Of a stretch of DNA of 64,000 nucleotides, positions 40,601 to 48,700 are shown in pieces. This stretch comes from a virus. Location of the stretch: positions 32,001-96,000 of IMG/VR virus record IMGVR_UViG_3300042878_002532; one strand, 5' to 3'. The position numbers were made by a program, and so were the translations under genes. Every line of letters starts with the position of its first letter. Position 1 is the stretch's first letter. The notes beneath the pieces were generated by a model. That model saw only the letters and a list, made by a program, of their open reading frames with translations. It ran no database searches and had not been told where the DNA came from.

Positions 40601-40622
40601 CTAAGCTTTTATGGTTAGACAT
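34611..40622 (-). CDS. Large baseplate or structural protein with beta-propeller region
   Basis: 2003 aa; YncE/YVTN-like repeats (IYVT..NSPTISIF, VYLAS..TSTVCVVD); PYIGSYKSIINAINFFGY wedge-like segment; carbohydrate-binding-like Y..GDKVTY.GKIYES; TAATATATA at 40643-40651. Confidence 0.65.
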   Translation of the reverse strand: MSNHKSLVFFNKEGDYLNIKYNNTVDRFEGDLLFHQSSSDIYKTIGLYTMEYLPAFEYAVSGDLTLSKFQIFNEWGMHFYGARLGTFSMAAIEPVNNDPSFYSKWIYGVDFERFFPIGTFIMFDSEFLEFQDTKKTYAVIGSKKGAVMILTDVDNATFESMYYVEYTNGSIKDVTLRGSNLLGIYNYIDADYKNNLSEWNEPNFYDKYYAGKKLNIVNSEKNDGVYTVKENEVTDAVHFEYYLKNIETDKNLLIELISKTDVPKIYDGGITIANGRITFKNLNAFPKILKSGREFKIIGSTLNTNFLTVSNVPNFANITELVVYTEKSQVLYNNNVYQCIKAYTQDYSNVNTQFVTPANSKEYWGKPTYISVDQVLTDEIVNNCQIYLTTDRLYFEQGYTQSSSVTLAMAAEKYKDDFSSLNIDLYLNKGVLKADLMYPSKYAEVNFYHTETVSTCLANLGDREAFIIRKAIELFSMPPDLSSSSSIPSNNYLFLSNLYDTEVANCSSYLIGKQFQTNERLIEIKEKFTQELNYDYSENYKYNIVFTDIDEFGIKLVINKQVYEEEVAWIYSGAAPDMQRTIDRTLRNWLSRNFVRLRALGITADLEYLGSYVSPFYNAIVIRSEYPNIPIEINRIEVGTTADYHIEHSKVLFNEIGGNLSFTINSKPYEMQTIYGTFLDNTGATVSSTSSTATVKLPDIPATLVAWTEEHAPVLETYGIIVKSINNLLKFDVKRTDRRLDYTIKTGKIMLPGQTDYVITKKIKGNKGTIVTGNEVRLIKSDANSSFEDAGFGTGRVIGVNSTPHPLQDVKYNLLSVDPKIMSLNYQGPFWGLESAPCRSSGFITLAFTIGFGQTTCDPAVGPTGQGGPFNPIQHNQEMFGVNYNFNDYETINYNISGQPGVSNLIDMKYIQLSNSVFVLGDNLSAMDAYTGVYLSTIYLTGNTDSIEIEFNTFNSFLYCLSKTKLWVVDPVLNIIVTSITLTNTAADMLINTDNGDIYVTYENSPTISIFSYKNVLITNLTTPSPTDTKTGKMVYNEFEKDIYITTDADLLIRVNGATRDIQTSYNIPDLAQSSIFYEPVNESVYVYADAQLWRIDNGLTASVPGMTMSEFVDVIYNNLTGEMNVSDKTFRFRSLNLTDNTINIDRNPSIYGRMALNQYDGGVYLASDTTSTVCVVDSANGVVVHTETTPAISKRILYNPEDKSIWTLQPSMANVFVIKPTVNSIVDIIGVTGSSIDEGQFGTLNPNYVKPTELWVKAYECVRRPRENFEGDVAVKYYWRWLTDENPEFFIYDLSGEQLEKTGPYTYKGPKPFKDVPLNKYPNRDINKVDLPEYQQIVFDSVEYELSYIDDQDDVSTEPTPLQLFLGFKAPEEGAYSSFLQLYKREEVEFSITSTPTNDTIISFDTLTSDGYKRGQIKLNMMSEETFIGKGLKVGQYLGIEIKDITNTKNQYISTNSGYVVKISEIYNKTIIVDFFNIDLDFFESEKTVITDYPKSGTTTYLKTTLFVTDREIARFKTIGQTEIEDPRFKIELGNVGKNIGHNEIFIFKDYDILEGGVDWNFLNMKRKELLMMKHLIYPYIGSYKSIINAINFFGYNDLQLNEYYRNINTTSENFLKLFKVEIPDIFDNSVEGWTENDFVKHTFPNENFEETNLFNLTYFITDKEGNNLLGYSIDDITIKLQGLKFWLKSNIIPLTHKILDITGRAYFTGGTQITHRVHDMRIVNIRESMTPISFKLNEAYLMPVNSGSTVYNCVLDFYTIVDGVGADKNPTGLVPPPRPYYEFKENMVLPEYFTIKIRTYKTYKEWAPFTNYMKGDKVTYYGKIYESAQDNNKVKSPRKNEDVEDWDANGTYGVTNIVKYNREMFVYSGLGATYSAIPPVLDQGDDQNWLNITEWLEIDLEPVQTIDEYRRILPPPKVGATHSIISMKENGPHKTPIIAPFNFALDSNIDPFIVIEISSENGYGAVYRDRKNYEIRGIKDLVDSSGMRDIIGPFTPIEPVY

Positions 40623-40703
40623 TTATATTGAATACTTTTTGATATATATTAAAAATGTGTTTCTTGATAATAATATATAGAGTATAAAAATCTTAAATAA
40701 ATT

Positions 40704-41687
40704 ATGGCCAAAATAGATAAAGTGGAAAAATTCTTAAAAGAAGAAAAACCAAAGAAAATAAAAAATCTTGAAGTAGGTTTTGACATAGATTCTTTTGAAA
40801 AAGAAGAAGATACGGATACTCTTGGATTTAGATCAGAGTTTGAACCAATCGCTAAAGGTAAAGAAAAAACTCTTAAAAAAGAAATACAAGTTACTACACC
40901 AGGATTAAAAAAATCTATCAAAAAGTTTGAGGATTTCAAGATTTCTATTTCTATTGATGAAGTAGAACCAGAAGAAGGTGTTCTTATGGGTGGTTTAACA
41001 CCTAATGATGATGAAACTTGTTCAGATTGTGAATCTAATCCATGTGGGTGTGGATGTTCTGATTGTGATTGTGATCCTTGCGAATGTGGTGTTGGTGAAG
41101 AAGATGTTGCAAAGTTTTCTAACTTTAATGATGTCATTGGAGACTTATTTTCAGAGAGTTTAAAGTATCATTTGAAAAATAATAAACCAATCACTGAAAA
41201 CATATTTAGACCAGGTTCTGAGGCTTTCTATGATGTTCTTAAAGAAGCTAGAACACATTTTGATTCTAATAGAGTAAATCTAACGGGATTGGATAAAGAT
41301 TTGTTTGAGTCTACTGAAATAGGAAAGTTTGCTAAGTTCAATGGTGAGATAGTTCCTTTGGATCTTCCAATGGAAACGATTGAAGAAATGAATGAGGCCG
41401 AATACAAAGGTAGAGAAGTTGAGTTGAATCATCCAATGAGAGGTGGTACTAAGAAGTATCATGTTTATGTTAAGAATCCTAAAACAGGTAATGTTAAAAA
41501 GATTGCGTTTGGTGATGTTCACGGTGGATTGACCGCAAAGGTTAGTGATCCTAAGGCTAGAAAGTCTTTTGCTGCTAGGCACAAATGTGATATGAAGAAA
41601 GATAAGACTAAGGCCGGATATTGGGCTTGTAGAATAAACAAATACGGACATCTTTGGGGTGGAAAAACTTATCCTGGATACTGGTAA
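40704..41687 (+). CDS. Multi-domain protein: tag repeats, Cys-rich cluster, basic C-terminal domain (DUF6321-like)
   Basis: IKKFEDF, VAKFSNF; CSDCESNPCGCGCSDCDCDPCEC; KKYHVYVKN..GNVKKIAFG...ARKSFAARHKC...AGYWAC. Confidence 0.65.
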   Translation: MAKIDKVEKFLKEEKPKKIKNLEVGFDIDSFEKEEDTDTLGFRSEFEPIAKGKEKTLKKEIQVTTPGLKKSIKKFEDFKISISIDEVEPEEGVLMGGLTPNDDETCSDCESNPCGCGCSDCDCDPCECGVGEEDVAKFSNFNDVIGDLFSESLKYHLKNNKPITENIFRPGSEAFYDVLKEARTHFDSNRVNLTGLDKDLFESTEIGKFAKFNGEIVPLDLPMETIEEMNEAEYKGREVELNHPMRGGTKKYHVYVKNPKTGNVKKIAFGDVHGGLTAKVSDPKARKSFAARHKCDMKKDKTKAGYWACRINKYGHLWGGKTYPGYW

Positions 41688-41690
41688 AAT

Positions 41691-41960
41691 ATGACACTTC
41701 CATATAAAGAAACTAAAATAAGTGATAATACATTTATCAGAGAATTTAGTCAAGATACTGACTCTGGTGAGTTTATGTGGCATCGTGATAGGGAAGATAG
41801 AATAATCGAATCTATCGACGAAACTGATTGGATGGTGCAGATAGACAACGAACTACCAAAGAAGATAGAAGGTGAAGTTTTTATACCGATGGGTATTTAT
41901 CATCGGTTGATAAAGGGAACTAACAATCTTAAAGTAAAGGTAATAAAGTTAAAAAAATGA
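41691..41960 (+). CDS. Small cupin-like protein
   Basis: WHRDREDR...FIPMGIYHRLIKG. Confidence 0.55.
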   Translation: MTLPYKETKISDNTFIREFSQDTDSGEFMWHRDREDRIIESIDETDWMVQIDNELPKKIEGEVFIPMGIYHRLIKGTNNLKVKVIKLKK

Positions 41961-41999
41961 TTTTTTTTTTAATATATACTCTATAAAAAAATACTAAAT

Positions 42000-42383
42000 A
42001 TGAAACACTTAAAAAAATTTAATGAAGGATTCTTTTCGAATCTTTTTAAAGGAAAAGAAGATGAAACACCAGTAACTCCTGAAGAAGTTAAATCAAAATC
42101 AACATCAGGTTCGGCTTTTGATAGAGATGAATTAAAAATTGAAGCGGAAGAAAAATTTAATTCTCTAGTAAAAGAATTAGATAGTAAGTTAAGAAATACA
42201 ACTGAAAATTATATTGAAGTAAAACAAAATCCTGCCTTTAAAACCAAAAGTACAAAATCGGTAAACTCTTTTTTATTGAAAATGATTGAAGATCATTATA
42301 CACAAAGAGGATTTATAACCAATAGATCGTATGATGGTAGAGATAATGCTAAACATGATTGGTTTAGAATAATCGCTGACTAA
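42000..42383 (+). CDS. Hypothetical protein with N-terminal tag
   Basis: MKHLKKFNEGFF; TAATATATA at 41970-41978. Confidence 0.75.
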   Translation: MKHLKKFNEGFFSNLFKGKEDETPVTPEEVKSKSTSGSAFDRDELKIEAEEKFNSLVKELDSKLRNTTENYIEVKQNPAFKTKSTKSVNSFLLKMIEDHYTQRGFITNRSYDGRDNAKHDWFRIIAD

Positions 42384-42404
42384 ACAATACTAAAATAAAG
42401 TAAT

Positions 42405-42432
42405 AAAAAAACCACTCTAATGAGTGGTTTTC
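42405..42432. terminator. Bidirectional terminator, CCACTC/GAGTGG family
   Basis: AAAACCACTC-taat-GAGTGGTTTT. Confidence 0.8.
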
Positions 42433-42436
42433 TTTT

Positions 42437-43561
42437 TTAGTCAATCTTTGACTTATAGTTTTCGTTGTAGAGTCTGATTACTTCGTCATACTCGCTTAGT
42501 ATTCCATCTTTGAAATCAGAGTTCTCATATTTCTGTCTATCAATATATTCTCTGATATAAGTTTCATATTCAAGCTTTATAGAGATGTCCATAGATTCTT
42601 CATCTATCTCAACTGCTTCTGAGATAATATCTTCTCCATCTTCATTCTTTTGTACTATGTCGTCTATATACTCAACAGATGCGAAATTACCTTTCTCTAA
42701 CATCATTTCAAGCTTTCTACGAAGCTTTCTATTATTGATAAGTAGATTGTTTGATATGGCTAAATCTATGTAGTCCTTCGTGTCCTTAATCTCATCTAAT
42801 CTATCAATATCCTCTTCAGTTATTACTCTGAACTTTCTGAATACTGGTGAGTAGTTGTTTGCATGAAAAGATACTTCATTTGTATCTAAATCTAATATAG
42901 TGATTCCTTTTTGGTCTCCCGTATCGTTTCTATCCATTTGGTACAAAGACCCTATGAATCTAAAATTTTTGTTCTGTTGAACAAGATGAATATGGCCCGA
43001 AAATACATCTTTGTATCCACTAAAGTTCTCTACATCAATCTTATCTGCGTTTCTATGTGCAACAGAGTTTAGGTGCATTTTACAACCATTTAAGTCTGAG
43101 TGGCAAAATAGATAGTCTCCTGGATTACTACCAAGTTCTTTAATCATATCGAGTCTTTTCTCTACCCATGGTATTAGAACAAGCTTTTGATTGTTTACTT
43201 CGATTGTGGTAGTTTTTTCATATACGGTTATGTTTTTGTTCATATAACTGAACAATCTAACAGAGTTGACTTCGTTTGATCCTTTGTTAAATAAATCGTG
43301 GTTTCCAACCATTATATGAATTGGTATAATATCAGAGATATCTTTAAGTATTTTTTCCACTTTATTTGATATGTTTATAGGAATGGATGTTCTATTATCG
43401 AATAAATCACCTAAGTGAATCAGTATGTCACCAGGCTTCGCGTTTTCTTTTAGATAGGGGATTACATAGTTATAGAATGTTGATTCCATCATATTCATCC
43501 ATTTATCTAGGTTGTTTAGATAGATACCAAAATGGGTATCTGTTATCATATATACTTTCAT
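42437..43561 (-). CDS. Recombination endonuclease subunit (T4 gp47/SbcD/Mre11-like)
   Basis: TDTHFG, HLGDLFDNR, VGNHD, FSGHIH metallophosphoesterase motifs. Confidence 0.9.
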   Translation of the reverse strand: MKVYMITDTHFGIYLNNLDKWMNMMESTFYNYVIPYLKENAKPGDILIHLGDLFDNRTSIPINISNKVEKILKDISDIIPIHIMVGNHDLFNKGSNEVNSVRLFSYMNKNITVYEKTTTIEVNNQKLVLIPWVEKRLDMIKELGSNPGDYLFCHSDLNGCKMHLNSVAHRNADKIDVENFSGYKDVFSGHIHLVQQNKNFRFIGSLYQMDRNDTGDQKGITILDLDTNEVSFHANNYSPVFRKFRVITEEDIDRLDEIKDTKDYIDLAISNNLLINNRKLRRKLEMMLEKGNFASVEYIDDIVQKNEDGEDIISEAVEIDEESMDISIKLEYETYIREYIDRQKYENSDFKDGILSEYDEVIRLYNENYKSKID

Positions 43562-43650
43562 TGAAAATGATAATTTTTTGTATGATTTATATGATTTTTA
43601 TGTATTTAAGTTTAAATAAGTGAAAATGGAAAAAAATTGCTTTTTTAATA

Positions 43651-43718
43651 TAATATATACATTATAGTTAAGCCTTTAAAAAAACAGAAGGTAAAAAAAT
43701 ATTAATATATACATTATA
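43651..43718 (+). promoter_or_regulatory. Tandem late promoters (16-bp direct repeat TAATATATACATTATA)
   Basis: Exact copies at 43651-43666 and 43703-43718 upstream of the tail tube gene. Confidence 0.6.
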
Positions 43719-43756
43719 ATTGTTTACCAATTACATAAAAAATAAATAAAAAAAAT

Positions 43757-44380
43757 ATGCCATTACCACATTATACGCAGATTTCCAATGTTGGTTCTCC
43801 AGGTGGACCTGGAACACTACCAGATGAAGTAGTATACCTAAACTTGTTTGAGGTAACATTCGTGTTACCAGTTATCTTACAGGCACAAAAAAGAGATGCT
43901 CTTTTATTGTTAGAAAACGCTACTAAAATAAGTTTAGCAAACTTAACAGAGTTTGATACTGCTGCCAAAGAGCAAAGATTCAAATACTCTACAAGAGTTT
44001 TTCAAACAACTCCTACTAAGACTAGTGGTACGTTGGCAATACCTTTCCAGGTAAATGTTAATAACAATGGTTCTATGGAAGTTTGGAATACTTTGAAAGC
44101 TTGGTATGACTTACTTTTTAACTCTCAAAATGGTTCTCTTCACTACAAAAGTGATATGATTGGAACTATTATCGTAAATCAACATGATAAAAAGGGTGTT
44201 GTATTGAGAAGGGTTACTTTCCAAAACTGTCAAATGTCGAAACTTGCAGGTTACGAACTTGATTGGGCATCAAATGATATCATTCCAACAGTTAGTGCTG
44301 ATTTTGTATATGATTACTTCATTGATGAATACATTGACTCAGGATTCTCTATTAATCCTCCACTTATTTCAGGATATTAA
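43757..44380 (+). CDS. Tail tube protein (gp19-like)
   Basis: NLFEVTF, LKAWYDL.FN.QNG...KSD, ELDW, ADFVYDYF; 207 aa. Confidence 0.75.
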   Translation: MPLPHYTQISNVGSPGGPGTLPDEVVYLNLFEVTFVLPVILQAQKRDALLLLENATKISLANLTEFDTAAKEQRFKYSTRVFQTTPTKTSGTLAIPFQVNVNNNGSMEVWNTLKAWYDLLFNSQNGSLHYKSDMIGTIIVNQHDKKGVVLRRVTFQNCQMSKLAGYELDWASNDIIPTVSADFVYDYFIDEYIDSGFSINPPLISGY

Positions 44381-44390
44381 TACTAAATAT

Positions 44391-44471
44391 AAAAACCCAC
44401 TCAATCGAGTGGGTTTTTTTATGTCTATTTTTATAACTAAAAAACCCACTCAAAATTTGAGTGGGTTTTTC
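44391..44471. terminator. Two tandem CCCACTC/GAGTGGG terminators
   Basis: AAAACCCACTC-aatc-GAGTGGGTTTT and AAAAACCCACTCAAA-a-TTTGAGTGGGTTTTT. Confidence 0.85.
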
Positions 44472-44473
44472 TA

Positions 44474-44728
44474 TTAGAATTTTGGCATGCTTATATTGCT
44501 TGTCATACTCGATGCGTTCTTCATCATCGAACCTGTATCTGGCATTCCTTTTTGTTGCTCTCCTTCGTCTTTCTTTCTTTGATTGTCTTCTTCTTCGACA
44601 ATTTCGTTAACAAGTTTGATGTTTTCTTCAAACATCCAGAAAGGCCAATCATCCATTGACACTTCCTGTGTGTGAAAGTGTTTTTGGAGCATTAATTTAT
44701 TCTTTAATATATGCTTCAAAGGCATCAT
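44474..44728 (-). CDS. gp51-like baseplate hub or tail assembly chaperone C-part
   Basis: LQKHFH...MDDWPFWMFEENIKLVNEIVEEE resembles the gp51-like family; overlaps upstream gene in +1 frame. Confidence 0.55.
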   Translation of the reverse strand: MMPLKHILKNKLMLQKHFHTQEVSMDDWPFWMFEENIKLVNEIVEEEDNQRKKDEGEQQKGMPDTGSMMKNASSMTSNISMPKF

Positions 44729-45638
44729 GAATAACGAAAATACTTGAGGCTCCGTTGGGAAATTGCATATCTGTGTGGACCTCCTCACCACACTGGCATA
44801 ACTTTTTAAGTTCTTTTATTCCAAATGTCATCTTGCCCACAGCTGCATTCAAAAATTGAAATGAGATATCATCCATTTCTTCAAATTCTTTAACTTTTGC
44901 TTTTACTCCGTCATATGTTATAGAAGTTCTACCATTCATCATAAAAGGAATGATTTTTAAGAAAGCTAAATTAGGATTTCTTTTTTCATTATTTTCTTTC
45001 ATAATGTATTCTGTGAAAGCCTTTTGAAGTCCAATGTTAGGTGGAGTCAATTCAAAGGCTTTACCATTAACTGTTTTGAAATGATATGATCCTGAATTTC
45101 TGTTGTAGAATCTTTCAAGTTTTTCATCTATTTCATGGAAAACAAAGTTTTCTTTGTTTAGTGAGATTGCCACTTCTTCGCCACAACTACATTTTGCATT
45201 TACTGATAATGAATTTCCTGATTGGAAAGTAAGTTCTCTGATAAGAAAAACTAAGAATAGTCTATCTTGATCTTTGATATCTAAATAAGATCCTATTTTA
45301 CCATCAGAATATTTAACTCTAACACATGATTGTAAAATATCATTCATTTTTTCCACTATGTCGTAGAAGTTCTGGTCGTCTACCATAGAGTATGCTTGAA
45401 TCTCTTTTACTTGTGCTGGTCTTACCATGAAAAGAGTTCCTGTTGGATAGAATTGTCCACAAGGTAATTCTCTGATATCGAAGTTGAAGTATTGTAAGTC
45501 ACTTACTCTAGTTCCCTCTACTACAGGTTTTTGTGCGGTTGTATTGTCATTAAAGTTGTTCTGATTCTTACTTGGATCGATATCGTTTAGATGTCTCTTT
45601 AGGTAGTCCTCTTCACTCATTTCTTGTTCTTTAGACAT
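44697..45638 (-). CDS. gp26-like baseplate hub or tail assembly protein
   Basis: LPCGQFYP...VRPAQVKE, DRLFL.F.IRELT, two CxC Zn-knuckles; TAATATATA at 45662-45670. Confidence 0.65.
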   Translation of the reverse strand: MSKEQEMSEEDYLKRHLNDIDPSKNQNNFNDNTTAQKPVVEGTRVSDLQYFNFDIRELPCGQFYPTGTLFMVRPAQVKEIQAYSMVDDQNFYDIVEKMNDILQSCVRVKYSDGKIGSYLDIKDQDRLFLVFLIRELTFQSGNSLSVNAKCSCGEEVAISLNKENFVFHEIDEKLERFYNRNSGSYHFKTVNGKAFELTPPNIGLQKAFTEYIMKENNEKRNPNLAFLKIIPFMMNGRTSITYDGVKAKVKEFEEMDDISFQFLNAAVGKMTFGIKELKKLCQCGEEVHTDMQFPNGASSIFVIHDAFEAYIKE

Positions 45639-45722
45639 AATGTTATTTGTTATTTTTTAAATATATATTAGATATATCTCTCTTCCTTATATCTTCAAAT
45701 AACTATAAAGTTTTCATAAAAC

Positions 45723-45754
45723 AAAAAAACCTCAAATTTCTTTGAGGTTTTTTT
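45723..45754. terminator. Intrinsic terminator
   Basis: AAAAAAACCTCAAA-tttc-TTTGAGGTTTTTTT. Confidence 0.8.
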
Positions 45755-45768
45755 ATTTTTAGTGTATA

Positions 45769-48700
45769 TTATGCGAATCCACCTGCTGCAATAGCTCCTG
45801 TTCTTAGTATAGTTACATTGTTAACAATGATTCCCATACCTTTGATAGGTTCTACGTAAGTATCAAGTACACCGATTTGGTTATCGATAATCTCAGTCGT
45901 ATTGTTTTCCTCATCCATTTTATTGAAGTAGTTGTACAATCCATTTTTACTTACATATGTTTCACAGATTACGTCAGCTCTAAGTTTGATTTCAGCTCTG
46001 ATGTCTGGTGTGTTATATCTCCATTGGAAGTCTAACAACATTCTTGATAACTCTCTTTCAAGCTCGATAAGTACCTCTCTAACGTGAATGTAAGAAAGTG
46101 CCGATTTGTAAAGAGTTTGTGCTGTATTCTCAGTCTCAATAACGTTTCCTCTATTTCTTTTGAAAACGATTGGGTTGATTTGAGCACCATTTAACCACTC
46201 TATGTCAGATGGAGTAAAGTCCATTTCTAATCCAGCGATGTTTGTGATTCTACCGTTAGTAACACCCGCTGCGATTGTCCAAGGAGTAATAGATCCAACA
46301 TTTGATGTATGTTTTCTCATATACGTTGTTGCTGCATGAGATGCTGGTGGCATATCTAATGGTCTTCCATTGTCATTTACTGTTAAGTAAGGCATGAAGT
46401 AACCAACACAAGTTGTACCTGCTCCGTCACCGAATGAGTAAAGGAATGCTGGTCCACTTTCAGGATCTCCACCTTTGGCAATAAACTCTGCTTGAAGAAC
46501 TCCTTCTGCGTTTACGAATGTTGGAGAGCTTGAGTTTTTGAATGACTTCATAGAAGGCATATTCAAGAATCCAAATGCGTCTAATCTATCTCCACAGATG
46601 TCAACTAATTGTTGTTTAGATCTTTCTGTCAATCCTAATCCAAATGAATCGATTAAGTATCTGAAGTCTAAAGCTTCTTTGTTAGTTATTGCTTTGAACA
46701 ATGGTGTTCCTTTTGAAACAAGATTTAATACTGCATTTTGTCTAGCTTCAGTTCCATCAGGTAATGATGCTTCTCTTACTCTGAATCCTTTTAAAGAGAT
46801 TGCTTTGTAAGTTGTTGCATAGTTATCAACAGTTTTGTATCTTGTTGTTTGCCAGTCTCCACTAAAATTAACCTTTTTGATTTCAGAATCACAAGTTATT
46901 TCAACTAAGTCTGCGTTTCCAGTGTATTGTCTTTTTGAAACAATTCTTGTTAGTTTTCTTGGATATTGACCAATGTTTAGTGTTAGTTCATTATACTTAG
47001 CCTCTAAGAAGTCTCCAACTTTTACTTCAGTATATCTAGCTCCCGCTACAAGAACTTTGTTAGGAACTTCAACATATCCAGCAGGATACTCAATCTCTAA
47101 AGATTGTTTGTAGTTTGTTATTGCAGAGTTTATTTCGAATGTTCCTGCTGTTTCGATATCTACATCCTCATATGAATTAAATGTTTCATCCATAAAAGAT
47201 ACATTTAAAACTTCTCCATCAACATACATTTTAAGGTAGTGTTTAGTGTTGAAGTCTGATATTATAGAAACGTTTTGTACTCTTTCGTAAGAAGTTTCTT
47301 CGTTTACTTTATATACGTGTGTGAATATTCCAGCACCATTATCCATAGTACCAAAAAGATTATCTGATATGATTGTGAAAGTTCCTGTGTTTGTAACCGC
47401 ACCTTTTATAGAAATCACGTCGTATAAAGAAAGCTCGTCTAAATCTGCTGCGTTAAATGCGATATAATCGTATCCTGCTGCAGAAGAAGTAGGTCCTACG
47501 TTTACTCCAGCAGTTAATCCAAATACAGTAACTGCAGATTCACCATCAAAGAAGTAAACATCAGATATGTATTCAGCACCCGCTACATAAGGAGTTGCAT
47601 TTGCTTTTTCTAATATTGTTTTAGATGTTTTGTTTGCATAGAAGAAATCTCCAGTGTTTACAACACCATCATAGTATCTTCCGTATAGTTTAGAGTATTT
47701 TCCAACTACACCAAAACTATTTCCATCAGCAACTTCTACTTGTGTTTTTACACCTTTGGCACCTAATATAAATTCGTTATCTACTGTATAGAATACTAAG
47801 AAACCTTTTAAGATGTCTTGTAAATCTGCTAGTTCGAAAGGAAGTTTAAGTTCGAAAGATTTATCTTGTGTAGAAGAAGTAACAATATTTGATATTGAAA
47901 CGTCTGCTAAACTAATCTTATCTCCTTTGTAGTTGTTAAGACCTTTTTTAAAGCTTTTAAGCATTGCCATTTTAACTTTGTTAGGACTATCGATTAGATC
48001 AACAAGTCTGTTAAACATTTTGAATCTTCTGTATTGTGCGTAGTCTTTAACGTTTATAGAAGAGTCTGTATCTGTAAAGGTTACTTTAATAGATCCTGTT
48101 GCTCCAGTTACTGCTTCTATGAAGTAGTCTGCACCTGATGCCGTACCAAATACGAAGTTGTTAAATCCACCTTGTTTAAGGTTTACGTTTGTCCAAACTG
48201 GAGTTCCTGTTATTTGTTGTTCTAATACTCTGAACTTAACAGATGCTAATACAGTATCTGTAGATGCTACTGAAGGATTGTTTGCGTTTGTACTATTTAC
48301 AACTTTAAATTTTCCTGTAGAGTCTACTACGAATGCAGATGAATATGTTGCTGCAGTTGAACTGTATACGTAGTTACTTCCTAATATACTAAGTGTTGCA
48401 GTTCCTGAAATAGGTACTTGTTTGTCTCCAACAACAACAAATGCGTCATAGTCTGGATACATAAGTGAGTAAGTAGCTACGATTGATGCAGTTGAATAAC
48501 TAAATGTTGCAGCAAGTTCTACGTTATAGATATATCCTTCTGAGAAGTATGATGTTCTTTCATCACCATTAGTAACCCATCCTTTTACTTTAGGAGTTTC
48601 ATATGCGTGGTGTGTTCCAGTCTCATATGCCCAAGATGCTGAACCACCTAATAAAGCAGTTACGTTTCCTGGTAAATCTAATGGATTTGAAACGATTTCA

